From contig JAFYIZ010000026.1 in assembly GCA_017538365.1 (NCBI GenBank), positions 2,716 to 66,715 of the forward strand: a stretch of 64,000 nt of DNA. Direction: 5' to 3'. Position numbers and translations under genes: made by a program. This DNA is from a bacterium (GTDB lineage: Bacteria > UBP6 > UBA1177). Shown here in pieces: positions 48,601 to 56,074 of this stretch (position 1 is its first letter; each line of letters opens with the position of its first letter). The notes beneath the pieces were generated by a model. That model was not told the DNA's origin, did not search any database, and saw only the letters and a program-made list of their open reading frames with translations.

Positions 48601-50620
48601 CTTCTTCAGCGTAGTTAGCCGATGCGCTCGAATAATCCTCGCCAGTCCATTCCGGTATGTATGTGTTTCCGTTCACCCACTGTGCGTTTGCCGGAAGAGT
48701 TCCGCAGGATTCAGCCGGCTTTGTATTGGACTGACAGCTTTCATTCTCGTAGTGGTAGTTGGCAACGCACTCGTAAGTACATTCCTCTCCCTCATCCTCG
48801 AAATATGTTGCCGCAGGTTCTGTCGACCATGCTCCATTACTCCAGTGAGGTGTGTAGGTCGAAGCTTTCCAAGCCGCGTTAGCCGGAAGGTTAGCACAGG
48901 TCTTCGCCGTACCGGTATTGGGTGTGCATACGTTGTCTTCGACGTGCTCTTCATCCGTGCATGCACAGGTTCCGTTAGTCGCAAACCATGTGAAAGTCTG
49001 TTTGCACGTAAATGCGCAGTCGCCTTCTCCTGCATAGTTTGCCGATGCGCTCGAATAAGCATTGCCGTTCCAGGTCGGAATATATGTGTCACCGTTTACC
49101 CATGCAGCATTTGCAGGAAGTGTGCCGCAGCTTGCAGCAGCCTGGGTATTCGATTTGCAGACGCCGTCTTCAACGTGTTCTGTCGACTGACATTTACAGC
49201 TTGAATCAATCCAGCTGTAGGTTGATTTACATTTGTAAGCGCAGTCGCCCGATTCAGCGTAGTTTGCAGTTGCGCTCGAATAAGCACTGCCGTTCCAGGT
49301 CGGAATATATGTGTCACCGTTTACCCATGCAGCATTTGCCGGAAGTGTGCCGCAGCTTGCAGCAGTCTGTGTATTCGATTTGCAGACGCCGTCTTCAAGG
49401 TGCTGTTCATCGGTACATTTACAGCTTGAATCAATCCAGCTGAAGGTCGGTTTGCATTTGTAAGCGCAGTCGCCCTCCTCAGCGTAGTGAGCCGATGCGG
49501 AAGAGTATTCCTCGCCGTTACGGGTCGATTCGTATGTATCACCGTTTACCCACTGCGCATTTTCGGGAAGCGTGCCGCAGGAGCGTGTTACAATCTGACA
49601 GTCGTCAGAGCAGGAAGCACCGATTCCTTCGCCTTTGCCGTATTCAGGATCAGCCTTATCACAGGCTTCGTTGCTCTGTTTCGTGCCGTCACCGCAGTAA
49701 GCAGCTGCACCGGCCTGTTTTTTACATTCTTTCGTGCAGACTTCGCAGCTTTTTTCGCCGTAAACGCAGTCGGTTTTGCCGTTCTCTTCGCCCCGGTCAC
49801 ACTCTTCACCTTCCTCAACAACACCGTTTCCGCATTCTGGGGCATTGTCTTCATCGGGAGAGACGTCTTCATCGCCGTCATTCGTATCAGCATCAGCATC
49901 GCCGGTACCTGCCTGAGAATCAGATTCTTCAACAACTATAAAAGTGTAAGCCGTGAAGTGACCGGTCGTCATCATAATCGGGTCACCCGCAGCAGCGTTC
50001 ATGATAGGATCACCCGCTGCATTCGACATGATCGGGTCGCCTGCTGAAGCAAGCATGATCGGATCACCTGCTGAAGCAAGCATGATCGGGTCACCGGCAG
50101 CATTCATCATAATCGGGTCGCCTGCAGCATTCAGCATGATAGGATCGCCTGCAGCAGTCTGCATGATCGGGTCGCCCGCCGCATCTTTGCCGACAAGAAT
50201 AGCATACTCACTGTGTTCGCTGTAGCTCCATGCGCCTTTAGCTTCGTTGTAAACAGCGGCTGCAACTACTTTGTCTTTGATTTCGTTGTTTGCCGTCATC
50301 TTGATGATAATCGGTTTTTTGAAAACCGTGCCGCTTGGTTCGAACTCGACGACCGTGCTTATAACTTTTTCGCCTTTCGCCGTAGAATAGTGCGAACTTT
50401 CGTAAACACTTACCGTGATAGTAGTATTTGAATCAAGAGCATCTGCAGGAATATCAACGGCGACCGATTCATCGGAAGTCGATACCGTTCCGCCTTCTTC
50501 AGCGCTGATTTCCTTTGAGACCTTCTCCTTAACGTCATCTTTTTTCTTCTTTTTGTCGCCGCAGGATGCGACCGCAAAAACCAAAATGAAAATCAAAACC
50601 AAACTTAACACACGTTTCAT
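45680..50620 (-). CDS. giant paralogous surface lipoprotein D (1646 aa): ZU5-like/GDPIM, Myxococcus-type Cys-rich repeats, 7 Cys-module repeats, 5 DUF1566 domains, EGF-like end
   Basis: MKRVLSLVLIFILVFAVASC. 8 GDPIM repeats, then TTGHFTAYTF. CGNGVVEEGEECD and YCGDGTKQSNEACD repeats. Seven SCGTLP.NA.WVNGDTY.. / CANLP.NA.W..STYTPHW modules. Signatures REWRLPTAKEL, SDWRLPNRNEF, SQWRLPTISEI, DNWRVPALEEV, TEWRVPDLAEF. Confidence 0.9.
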   Translation of the reverse strand: MKRVLSLVLIFILVFAVASCGDKKKKKDDVKEKVSKEISAEEGGTVSTSDESVAVDIPADALDSNTTITVSVYESSHYSTAKGEKVISTVVEFEPSGTVFKKPIIIKMTANNEIKDKVVAAAVYNEAKGAWSYSEHSEYAILVGKDAAGDPIMQTAAGDPIMLNAAGDPIMMNAAGDPIMLASAGDPIMLASAGDPIMSNAAGDPIMNAAAGDPIMMTTGHFTAYTFIVVEESDSQAGTGDADADTNDGDEDVSPDEDNAPECGNGVVEEGEECDRGEENGKTDCVYGEKSCEVCTKECKKQAGAAAYCGDGTKQSNEACDKADPEYGKGEGIGASCSDDCQIVTRSCGTLPENAQWVNGDTYESTRNGEEYSSASAHYAEEGDCAYKCKPTFSWIDSSCKCTDEQHLEDGVCKSNTQTAASCGTLPANAAWVNGDTYIPTWNGSAYSSATANYAESGDCAYKCKSTYSWIDSSCKCQSTEHVEDGVCKSNTQAAASCGTLPANAAWVNGDTYIPTWNGNAYSSASANYAGEGDCAFTCKQTFTWFATNGTCACTDEEHVEDNVCTPNTGTAKTCANLPANAAWKASTYTPHWSNGAWSTEPAATYFEDEGEECTYECVANYHYENESCQSNTKPAESCGTLPANAQWVNGNTYIPEWTGEDYSSASANYAEEGDCAYQCKPTFTWFATNGTCACTDAQHVEDSVCKSNTGEEQECANLPDNAEWVASTYTPHWIDEAWSTEPAATYFEDEGEECTYECSTDYHYEEESCQSDTKPAESCGELPENAAWVNGDTYIPTWNGKGYPYYTAHYAEEGDCAYQCVEGYEWNENTVKCSVPVAKVLCTGQTWCFGAEGDVIDCPAEGEEFYGQDASYTARQSCTPQTYEKISEGRNCIQDNDTCNIVDDLSTGLRWYLYSNGGTWENAYTFCDTLDTGDGREWRLPTAKELMSIIDSGTSYPALRMAYFGWDFASPTIYWSGTYYQNQKTGDDAVLVMDIGYGHMQYESKEDGSASFACVSGEEYGVSGTFTLKNISGGTVVTDSATDLMWKAAADNLNMSWSQALAYCENLEYAGYSDWRLPNRNEFATVLNYTGKGFGDNKSDFQNIIGGNYWTSTFAQTYGGSEGPFIIDVGGGTLFSVGDTQGNVTTAYTLCVRNDDLAEYQAVPVCDESGYTPCEDPETGIVWSQNINTGSYDPDYVMAAGMCRESNNGGISQWRLPTISEIRTILKSDALTTGGDCDVADTCNAGACYVDEECRTGAPIESIFYNDTYMVSSTMIDDENHAWGVDFFTGSIVSYARNDDLYPMITVRCVKDESLPDITFPYTDPENELIWSSRSKGDMTWMEAAEYCRDLVEGNSDNWRVPALEEVETLVKSCDGDDCEPNLTGNYSVFAELAALWSSTISVETALSLNVLDFMTGYQEGITENINSYSDAKVRCVRSTDDPETDPIIDAPYYDEDSNLLWSEKSGPLTNHSDAVAYCESLNAMNNGAGYEGLTEWRVPDLAEFASILDCEEGRSTFIRPTNNNQGNPGVSVALGGCDNPAFEGHFPVFGDLGIFASTYLGRTGYHFYADFTTGQVLVAGYEDGSFYGDRKKYVRCVSYPNACEDNPCLEIENSDGTCTSEAGVYSCGCTANALWDGEECVIQE
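48115..49590 (-). repeat. long in-frame tandem repeats (225-bp units and a 423-bp two-module unit) encoding 7 Cys-rich modules
   Basis: ggtcggaatatatgtgtcaccgtttacccatgcagcatttgc... at 49073 recurs at 49298, a period of 225 bp. gattcagccggctttgtat at 48285 recurs at 48708, a period of 423 bp. Long stretches are nearly identical. Confidence 0.85.
49970..50185 (-). repeat. 27-bp GDPIM repeats, 8 copies
   Basis: DAAGDPIMQTAAGDPIMLNAAGDPIMMNAAGDPIMLASAGDPIMLASAGDPIMSNAAGDPIMNAAAGDPIMM. Confidence 0.9.
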
Positions 50621-50689
50621 AAAAAAAACCTCCTGAAAACCTCACGTAGAGACGCCATATTATGACATCTCTACAAAAGACGTTATTGC

Positions 50690-53600
50690 TTACTCCTCAA
50701 TATATCTTACGCAGCGGACATAACCTGAATTTTCATAACCCCATGACTCGTTGCTTCCGCCTACAACTTCGCCTGTCGTGAAATCAAAGAGATACGGATA
50801 GATACTTTTGCTGCCCCATTCGTCCTCACCTTCGTTTCTGTCTGAAGTCCAGAATTTGCCGTAATCGTTGAATATAGAATGACTCTTGAATGTATAGTCG
50901 CAGAAACAGCGTGCAGTCTCTCCTTCACTAAGAATAACCTCTTCACTGCATGCACCGCTGCAATCCATATCCTCTTCGACGAGAAGATATAAATAAGACC
51001 AGACATCAGGCAGGCGCCATTCGCTGGAACCCTCGTACTCTTCCTCGTTCAGAGAATTACAGAAAGCTTCTGCGTCAGCGATAGTACCTGTTATCAGTTC
51101 AGATTTCTTTGACCATGCCATATCTTCAACATAATACGGGAGAGTCCCTTCAAAATTGTCGGGGTCTTCAAGCGGATCAGAAACGGAACGGACGCAACGT
51201 ACCTGCAGATCGGCATAGCTGTCCGAAAGATTTTTGTTCTGATCTGTCATAAGATCGATAAAATCAAGCGTCGTCATGTAGGACCCGTCAAAAATATCGC
51301 TGCTCAGAAGAATCGGCATATCCGAGAAAAGCGAATATTTTCCGGTAAGATCGGGAGCACATGCAGATGTACCCTCAAGATCGCAGTTTCTTACCAGCTT
51401 CTGCAATTCCTCCAGAGTCGGAACTCTCCAGTTGTCGGAACCGCCTTCAACAAGCGTTCCGCAGTATTCAACAGCATCCCTCCAGTCGCCTTCTTCCGAA
51501 ATTGACGACCATACGAGGCCGTTCGTCTCGTCGGTGTAAGGTGCCTCCTTCGGATCTTCCAACGTGTTGTCAAGAACACATCTTACGACAAGCTGCGGCG
51601 CATATACTGTCGAAATATCGGACATTCCGCCTGTCGTCATATCTATCGTCCAGACATTCCACTGGTCACGCTCATAGTCCGCATTGGCATTTGAGAATGT
51701 TCCCGAAAAAAGGATTCCGTAGTCGCGGAGTGCTGTTTCATGTCCTGCTAATTCGGCTGAAGTGCAATCCGACTCATAAGCGCTGTAATCTGAATGTTCA
51801 ACCGTAACTCCGCATGTTCCGCCTGTTTTGAAAACATCGTCGGTGAAAAGAGACCTTACATCGTCTATTGTCGGGATTCTCCACTTTCCGCCCTTCATAT
51901 TGCGGCAGTCTTTTGCCACATTCGACCAGTGGACGGATTCCATTTCATACTCATTGTAAATCAGTCTCTGCGACCATGTGATGTTGTTTGCGTCTCTGCA
52001 CGGAGAATAGCCGTCTGCGCCGCATGCCGGTATTCCGTTTTCGGGATAGGGCGTAAGATCGCTTCTGACGCAGATGACAGAATAAGTTTCACCTGAATTG
52101 ATTCCTCTTGTCCTGGATTTAACCTGAGGATGATCCGACATACGCAATCCCATTTCGCCGGTTTTCATATCGATCGCAACTGCGCCGATAGTCATCGTGA
52201 AAGTCGATGTAACAAAATTTTCAGCCGGCAGTCCCGGGAAAGATGATGCAGGATTCGACTTGGAATAGTCAACAAGGCTCGCAAGCTCGTTTTTGTTCGG
52301 AAGTCTCCAGTCGTCATGACCTGCGTAATTCAAGCCTTCGCAGTATGCAAGCGCCTCAGGCCACGTTTTTCCGCTGACGGAAGTTTTCTGCCAGAAAAGA
52401 TTGGTTTTCGAGTCAAAAATCATCTCCTGACCGTTTTCATTCTTCGAAGTATAGTCCGAAGCCGCAACTTCACCGTATTTATCACCTTTAACACAGAGCA
52501 GAGCTTTATAGTCTGACTGACCATCGCTGCCGATACTGCCGGTATAGGTATCGTAGTAGAAATTCTTATCCGAAGTCCAGAATGACTCGGTTCCTTCCCA
52601 ATCCACAGTAAAATATACCGATTTGATCTCTTTGCCGGAATTAAGGTTGTTGAAAATATCGTGGTCGGCAATAGTCAGGAACTCGGCAGGTGTCGGCATT
52701 CTCCATCCGCCGCCGGCATATTCTGAAAGAGTTTCTTCGCAATACGGAGCTATATCATCGTAGGATTCTCCGCTTTCCGATGTGAGGATCCATGTAAGCC
52801 CGGTATTATTGTCCTTTATCTGCTGATACGGCGTGACATCATTTTCCGCCTTTTCAATTTTCTCAAAACTCTTCGGAACACATGATTTTCTGAAAATATA
52901 TCCCGCATCCTGACCGTTCAGCGCCCCGCCTTCTTTCGGGCATTCATCCAGAACACCGTTTTCGCCGAAGCAGTTTCTGAGTCCGGTGCAGATGACTTTG
53001 GAATAAAGAGGTTCCGGTTCAGGGATTACGTCTTCGTCACTATCGTCAACCGGATCTTCATCGGGTTTGTCACCGTCGCCTTTCTTCTCAACCGCAATAA
53101 AAGTGAAAGCGGTGAAGTGACCGGTAGTCATCATAATCGGGTCACCCGCAGCAGCGTTCATGATCGGGTCACCTGCAGCAGTAGCCATAATCGGATCTCC
53201 CGCTGCACTCATCATGATAGGATCACCTGCCGCATTCTGCATGATAGGATCGCCTGCCGCATTCAGCATTATCGGATCACCCGCAGCACTAGTCATAATA
53301 GGATCTCCGGCCGCGTCTTTGCCGACTTTTACAGCCACACCGGTCTCGCTGTAGCTCCACTCACCTTTAGCTTCATTGTAAACCGCTGCTGTAATGATTT
53401 TATTTTCAATGTTTTCGCCGTTTTCCATAGTAATCAGAACAGGTTTTTTGAAAATCGTACCGTTCGGCCCGAACTCTACGACTTTGCTTATAACTTTTTT
53501 ACCGTCCGTTCCGGCATAACCCGATGCATCGTAGATCGTCATTGTTATGGTCGTGTCGGAATCGAGAGCACCGGCCGGAATATCAATTGACGTTTTTCCG

Positions 53601-53752
53601 TCTTTACTTTCGACCTTTCCGCCCTCTTCGGCTGAAACTTCCTGAGAGACCTGCTCTTCAAATTCAGGTTTTTCCTTACTTTTCTTCTTGCTGCAAGCCG
53701 CAACCGCAAAAACCAAAGCAAAAACCAAAACAATAATGAAAAAGCGTTTCAT
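50690..53752 (-). CDS. giant paralogous surface lipoprotein E: ZU5-like/GDPIM, short linker, 5 DUF1566 domains
   Basis: MKRFFIIVLVFALVFAVAAC. 7 GDPIM repeats, then TTGHFTAFTF. VICTGLRNCFG...CPKEGGALNGQDAGY. Signatures GGWRMPTPAEF, DDWRLPNKNEL, GKWRIPTIDDV, DNWRVPTLEEL, SEWRLPDVWSY. Confidence 0.9.
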   Translation of the reverse strand: MKRFFIIVLVFALVFAVAACSKKKSKEKPEFEEQVSQEVSAEEGGKVESKDGKTSIDIPAGALDSDTTITMTIYDASGYAGTDGKKVISKVVEFGPNGTIFKKPVLITMENGENIENKIITAAVYNEAKGEWSYSETGVAVKVGKDAAGDPIMTSAAGDPIMLNAAGDPIMQNAAGDPIMMSAAGDPIMATAAGDPIMNAAAGDPIMMTTGHFTAFTFIAVEKKGDGDKPDEDPVDDSDEDVIPEPEPLYSKVICTGLRNCFGENGVLDECPKEGGALNGQDAGYIFRKSCVPKSFEKIEKAENDVTPYQQIKDNNTGLTWILTSESGESYDDIAPYCEETLSEYAGGGWRMPTPAEFLTIADHDIFNNLNSGKEIKSVYFTVDWEGTESFWTSDKNFYYDTYTGSIGSDGQSDYKALLCVKGDKYGEVAASDYTSKNENGQEMIFDSKTNLFWQKTSVSGKTWPEALAYCEGLNYAGHDDWRLPNKNELASLVDYSKSNPASSFPGLPAENFVTSTFTMTIGAVAIDMKTGEMGLRMSDHPQVKSRTRGINSGETYSVICVRSDLTPYPENGIPACGADGYSPCRDANNITWSQRLIYNEYEMESVHWSNVAKDCRNMKGGKWRIPTIDDVRSLFTDDVFKTGGTCGVTVEHSDYSAYESDCTSAELAGHETALRDYGILFSGTFSNANADYERDQWNVWTIDMTTGGMSDISTVYAPQLVVRCVLDNTLEDPKEAPYTDETNGLVWSSISEEGDWRDAVEYCGTLVEGGSDNWRVPTLEELQKLVRNCDLEGTSACAPDLTGKYSLFSDMPILLSSDIFDGSYMTTLDFIDLMTDQNKNLSDSYADLQVRCVRSVSDPLEDPDNFEGTLPYYVEDMAWSKKSELITGTIADAEAFCNSLNEEEYEGSSEWRLPDVWSYLYLLVEEDMDCSGACSEEVILSEGETARCFCDYTFKSHSIFNDYGKFWTSDRNEGEDEWGSKSIYPYLFDFTTGEVVGGSNESWGYENSGYVRCVRYIEE
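53129..53317 (-). repeat. 27-bp GDPIM repeats, 7 copies
   Basis: DAAGDPIMTSAAGDPIMLNAAGDPIMQNAAGDPIMMSAAGDPIMATAAGDPIMNAAAGDPIMM. Confidence 0.9.
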
Positions 53753-53800
53753 GAGAACCCTCCTTTTATTGTTATCTCACACCTGAATGACCTTAAAAAC

Positions 53801-53880
53801 CGCGGCGTCCGAGATACCGGAATCACGGAATCACGTTATCTCGACAAGATTTACGCCGCAGCAATTATTCTCTTACAAGA
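53801..53880. repeat. third copy of the ATCACGG-type dispersed repeat
   Basis: gagataccggaatcacggaatcacgttatctcgacaagatttacgccgcagca. Compare 29181-29320, which ends ...cggcaagatttgcggcgca. Confidence 0.5.
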
Positions 53881-53974
53881 ATTTTTTTCAAGAAAATTTA
53901 TTTGTATGAGAAACATAAAAATTGCATTTTAAAGCCCCATGATTATCCTTTCGCGCACTTTTGCGGAGGCTGAA

Positions 53975-54757
53975 ATGAACCAGTGGTATCAGATAGCGCT
54001 GCCGAAAGACTCATCAACAGACAGATTTCTGGAAATAGAAGGTTTTTTGGGAAGCGAAGAAAAAGAAAACGCAATCATTCTTTATTTTGAAAAGAGTGAA
54101 AAAGTAAAAGAGCAATTAAAAGAATACAACATATCAATTATTTCCGACGGAGACTGGAAAGAGACATGGCGCGAATACTTCGTTCCTGTGCGTATCGGTT
54201 CTCTTACAGTAGTCCCGCCGTGGAAAAAGGATGAAGGCGACATCATAATAAACCCTGCACGAGGCTTCGGAACGGGTCATCACGAAACAACGAGACTCGC
54301 TTTGGGCTTTGTTGAGAAGGTTCTTCAAAAAGACAACGCTGTGAACACGATATTTGATGCAGGCACAGGTTCTGGAATTTTAGCAATCGCTGCCGTAAAA
54401 CTTAAAAAATCAATAAAGGCTACAGCAGTCGACAACGACCCCGACGCAATCGAAAACGCAGCTGAAAACCTGATCTTAAACAATGTTCAGGATTCTATAA
54501 CTTTAAGCAGCGAGCCCGTTTTCAAATTTGAAGAAAAATACGATCTCGTAATCGCCAACATAATCTCGTCTGTCCTCTATTTCCTGTCGGACGACCTCAA
54601 GCGCCTGACATCGAAATGGCTCGTACTTTCAGGTGTTCTCGAAAGCGAAGCACCTGTTTTCATGCAGCGGATGGGACTTACAGAAGAGTTTGAACTTATT
54701 GAAAAAACCAATGAAAACGAATGGTCAGGATATCTTTTGAAAAGGAGAGACAAATGA
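53975..54757 (+). CDS. prmA: ribosomal protein L11 methyltransferase
   Basis: MNQWYQIALP start. VVPPWKK...IIINPARGFGTGHHETTRLAL and the SAM motif DAGTGSGILAIAA. Confidence 0.9.
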   Translation: MNQWYQIALPKDSSTDRFLEIEGFLGSEEKENAIILYFEKSEKVKEQLKEYNISIISDGDWKETWREYFVPVRIGSLTVVPPWKKDEGDIIINPARGFGTGHHETTRLALGFVEKVLQKDNAVNTIFDAGTGSGILAIAAVKLKKSIKATAVDNDPDAIENAAENLILNNVQDSITLSSEPVFKFEEKYDLVIANIISSVLYFLSDDLKRLTSKWLVLSGVLESEAPVFMQRMGLTEEFELIEKTNENEWSGYLLKRRDK

Positions 54758-55260
54758 AAGAATTTTTTAAAAATCTAAAAGAGGTTTTCAATGCTCTGAC
54801 GAAATTCCAGTTTATGCGCTTCTGCGTAACCGGAAGTCTCGGAGTCATCACAGACGCCGTCATTTACCACGTTTTTCTGTGGCTTCTCCACGTCAATGCG
54901 GGCAAAGACAGAACGACCGTCGACACGATACTTCTTTTCATTCTTCCCGTTTTCGGCTATCTTGCAGCAGTTATTCAGAACTATCTTGTCAACCACTTCT
55001 GGACTTTCGGCAAAGAGACTGAAAACCACCGGATTTCATTCCATCTTTTCTTCAAATTCTTCGCTGTCAGCCTTTTCTCGCTCATTCCGAGATACGCTTT
55101 CTACACTTTCCTGCTCATCTTCAACAACATTACGCCTGACCTTGCCAATATCGGCGGTATCGCAGCCGGAATGTTCACCAACTTTTTCGGCAGCAAATTC
55201 GTTGTTTTCAGATTCAGAGAAGAAGAACCGAAAAAAATCGAGCCCAAGGACGAGAACTGA
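54754..55260 (+). CDS. GtrA-family membrane protein
   Basis: ATGA overlap with the prmA stop, RBS AAGGAGAGA. FMRFCVTGSLGVITDAVIYHVFLW plus 4 TM segments, typical of GtrA-like proteins. Confidence 0.8.
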   Translation: MKEFFKNLKEVFNALTKFQFMRFCVTGSLGVITDAVIYHVFLWLLHVNAGKDRTTVDTILLFILPVFGYLAAVIQNYLVNHFWTFGKETENHRISFHLFFKFFAVSLFSLIPRYAFYTFLLIFNNITPDLANIGGIAAGMFTNFFGSKFVVFRFREEEPKKIEPKDEN

Positions 55261-55263
55261 TAA

Positions 55264-56070
55264 ATGGTTAAATTCTTTAAATATTCTGCCGCAGGTAACG
55301 ATTTTGTCATCATAAACGAGCGCGTTCTCGGCAGCTTCGAACTGACTAAAGAAAACATTGTCAGAATCTGTGACCGCAGATTCGGCGTAGGTGCCGACGG
55401 AATACTTCTTCACTCGGAACCTGAAAGCAGAAACGCACACGCCAAAATGACGATTTTCAATAGCGACGGCTCGGTAGCCGAAATGTGCGGAAACGGAATC
55501 CGCTGCTTTGCACTTTATCTTTTGAAAGACTGCGGTTTTTCATTTGATCCGCTGAAAATCGAAACCGGAAACGGTCTTCTTGAAGCGCGGTACGAAAAGG
55601 CGGGAAACACGTTTAAGATCAGCGCCACTTTAGGAATTGCGAAAGTTCTGGATACCACAAAAACGGTCTCGGCAAAAGGCTTTGAATTTGACCGCACCGG
55701 CATCTCTACCGGAAATCCGCATTTAGTCTACATCGCGAAAGATAAAAACTGCACACTCGATGTCAGCGAACTCTGGAAACTGCGTGAACTCGGATATGAA
55801 ACAAATGTCGAACTCGTGACCGATACCGATTTTGTCAAAAACTGCGCAAAAGTTGTAGTACATGAGCGCGGAGTCGGCAAAACTCTTGCCTGCGGAACGG
55901 GCGGCGCAGCAGTTGTCAACACCCTCTATCTTGCCGGAAAAATCCAAAGAAATCAGCCATTTACAATCAAATATCCCGGCGGAGACATAGACTACACGAT
56001 AACTGATGACGGAGAAACCGTCATTTCCGGCATCCCTCTTAAAATTTTTACAGGCGAATTCGAAGGATAG
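55264..56070 (+). CDS. dapF: diaminopimelate epimerase
   Basis: FFKYSAAGNDFVII, catalytic MCGNGIRCFA, STGNPHLV, second catalytic Cys in LACGTGGAA. Confidence 0.93.
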   Translation: MVKFFKYSAAGNDFVIINERVLGSFELTKENIVRICDRRFGVGADGILLHSEPESRNAHAKMTIFNSDGSVAEMCGNGIRCFALYLLKDCGFSFDPLKIETGNGLLEARYEKAGNTFKISATLGIAKVLDTTKTVSAKGFEFDRTGISTGNPHLVYIAKDKNCTLDVSELWKLRELGYETNVELVTDTDFVKNCAKVVVHERGVGKTLACGTGGAAVVNTLYLAGKIQRNQPFTIKYPGGDIDYTITDDGETVISGIPLKIFTGEFEG

Positions 56071-56074
56071 CATC

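Noticed and set aside
50001-50225. Antisense ORFs encoding MIGSPAA(A/E)(F/S) repeats (also 41511-41726, 45007-45228 and 53160-53354), and HxRI(T/A/S)-type repeat ORFs (37980-38330, 44991-45464, 53117-53590)
   Set aside because: They are mirror images of the GDPIM 27-bp repeats. The sense frame is continuous with long, motif-rich lipoprotein genes, whereas these frames are short and confined to the repeat.
35556-53752. Diversity-generating retroelement targeting the DUF1566 (C-type-lectin-like) domains
   Set aside because: I found no reverse-transcriptase-like ORF and no obvious template/variable repeat pair with adenine-specific differences in the window. This cannot be excluded for the rest of the genome. 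It would need a TR/VR search plus RT HMMs on the full assembly.
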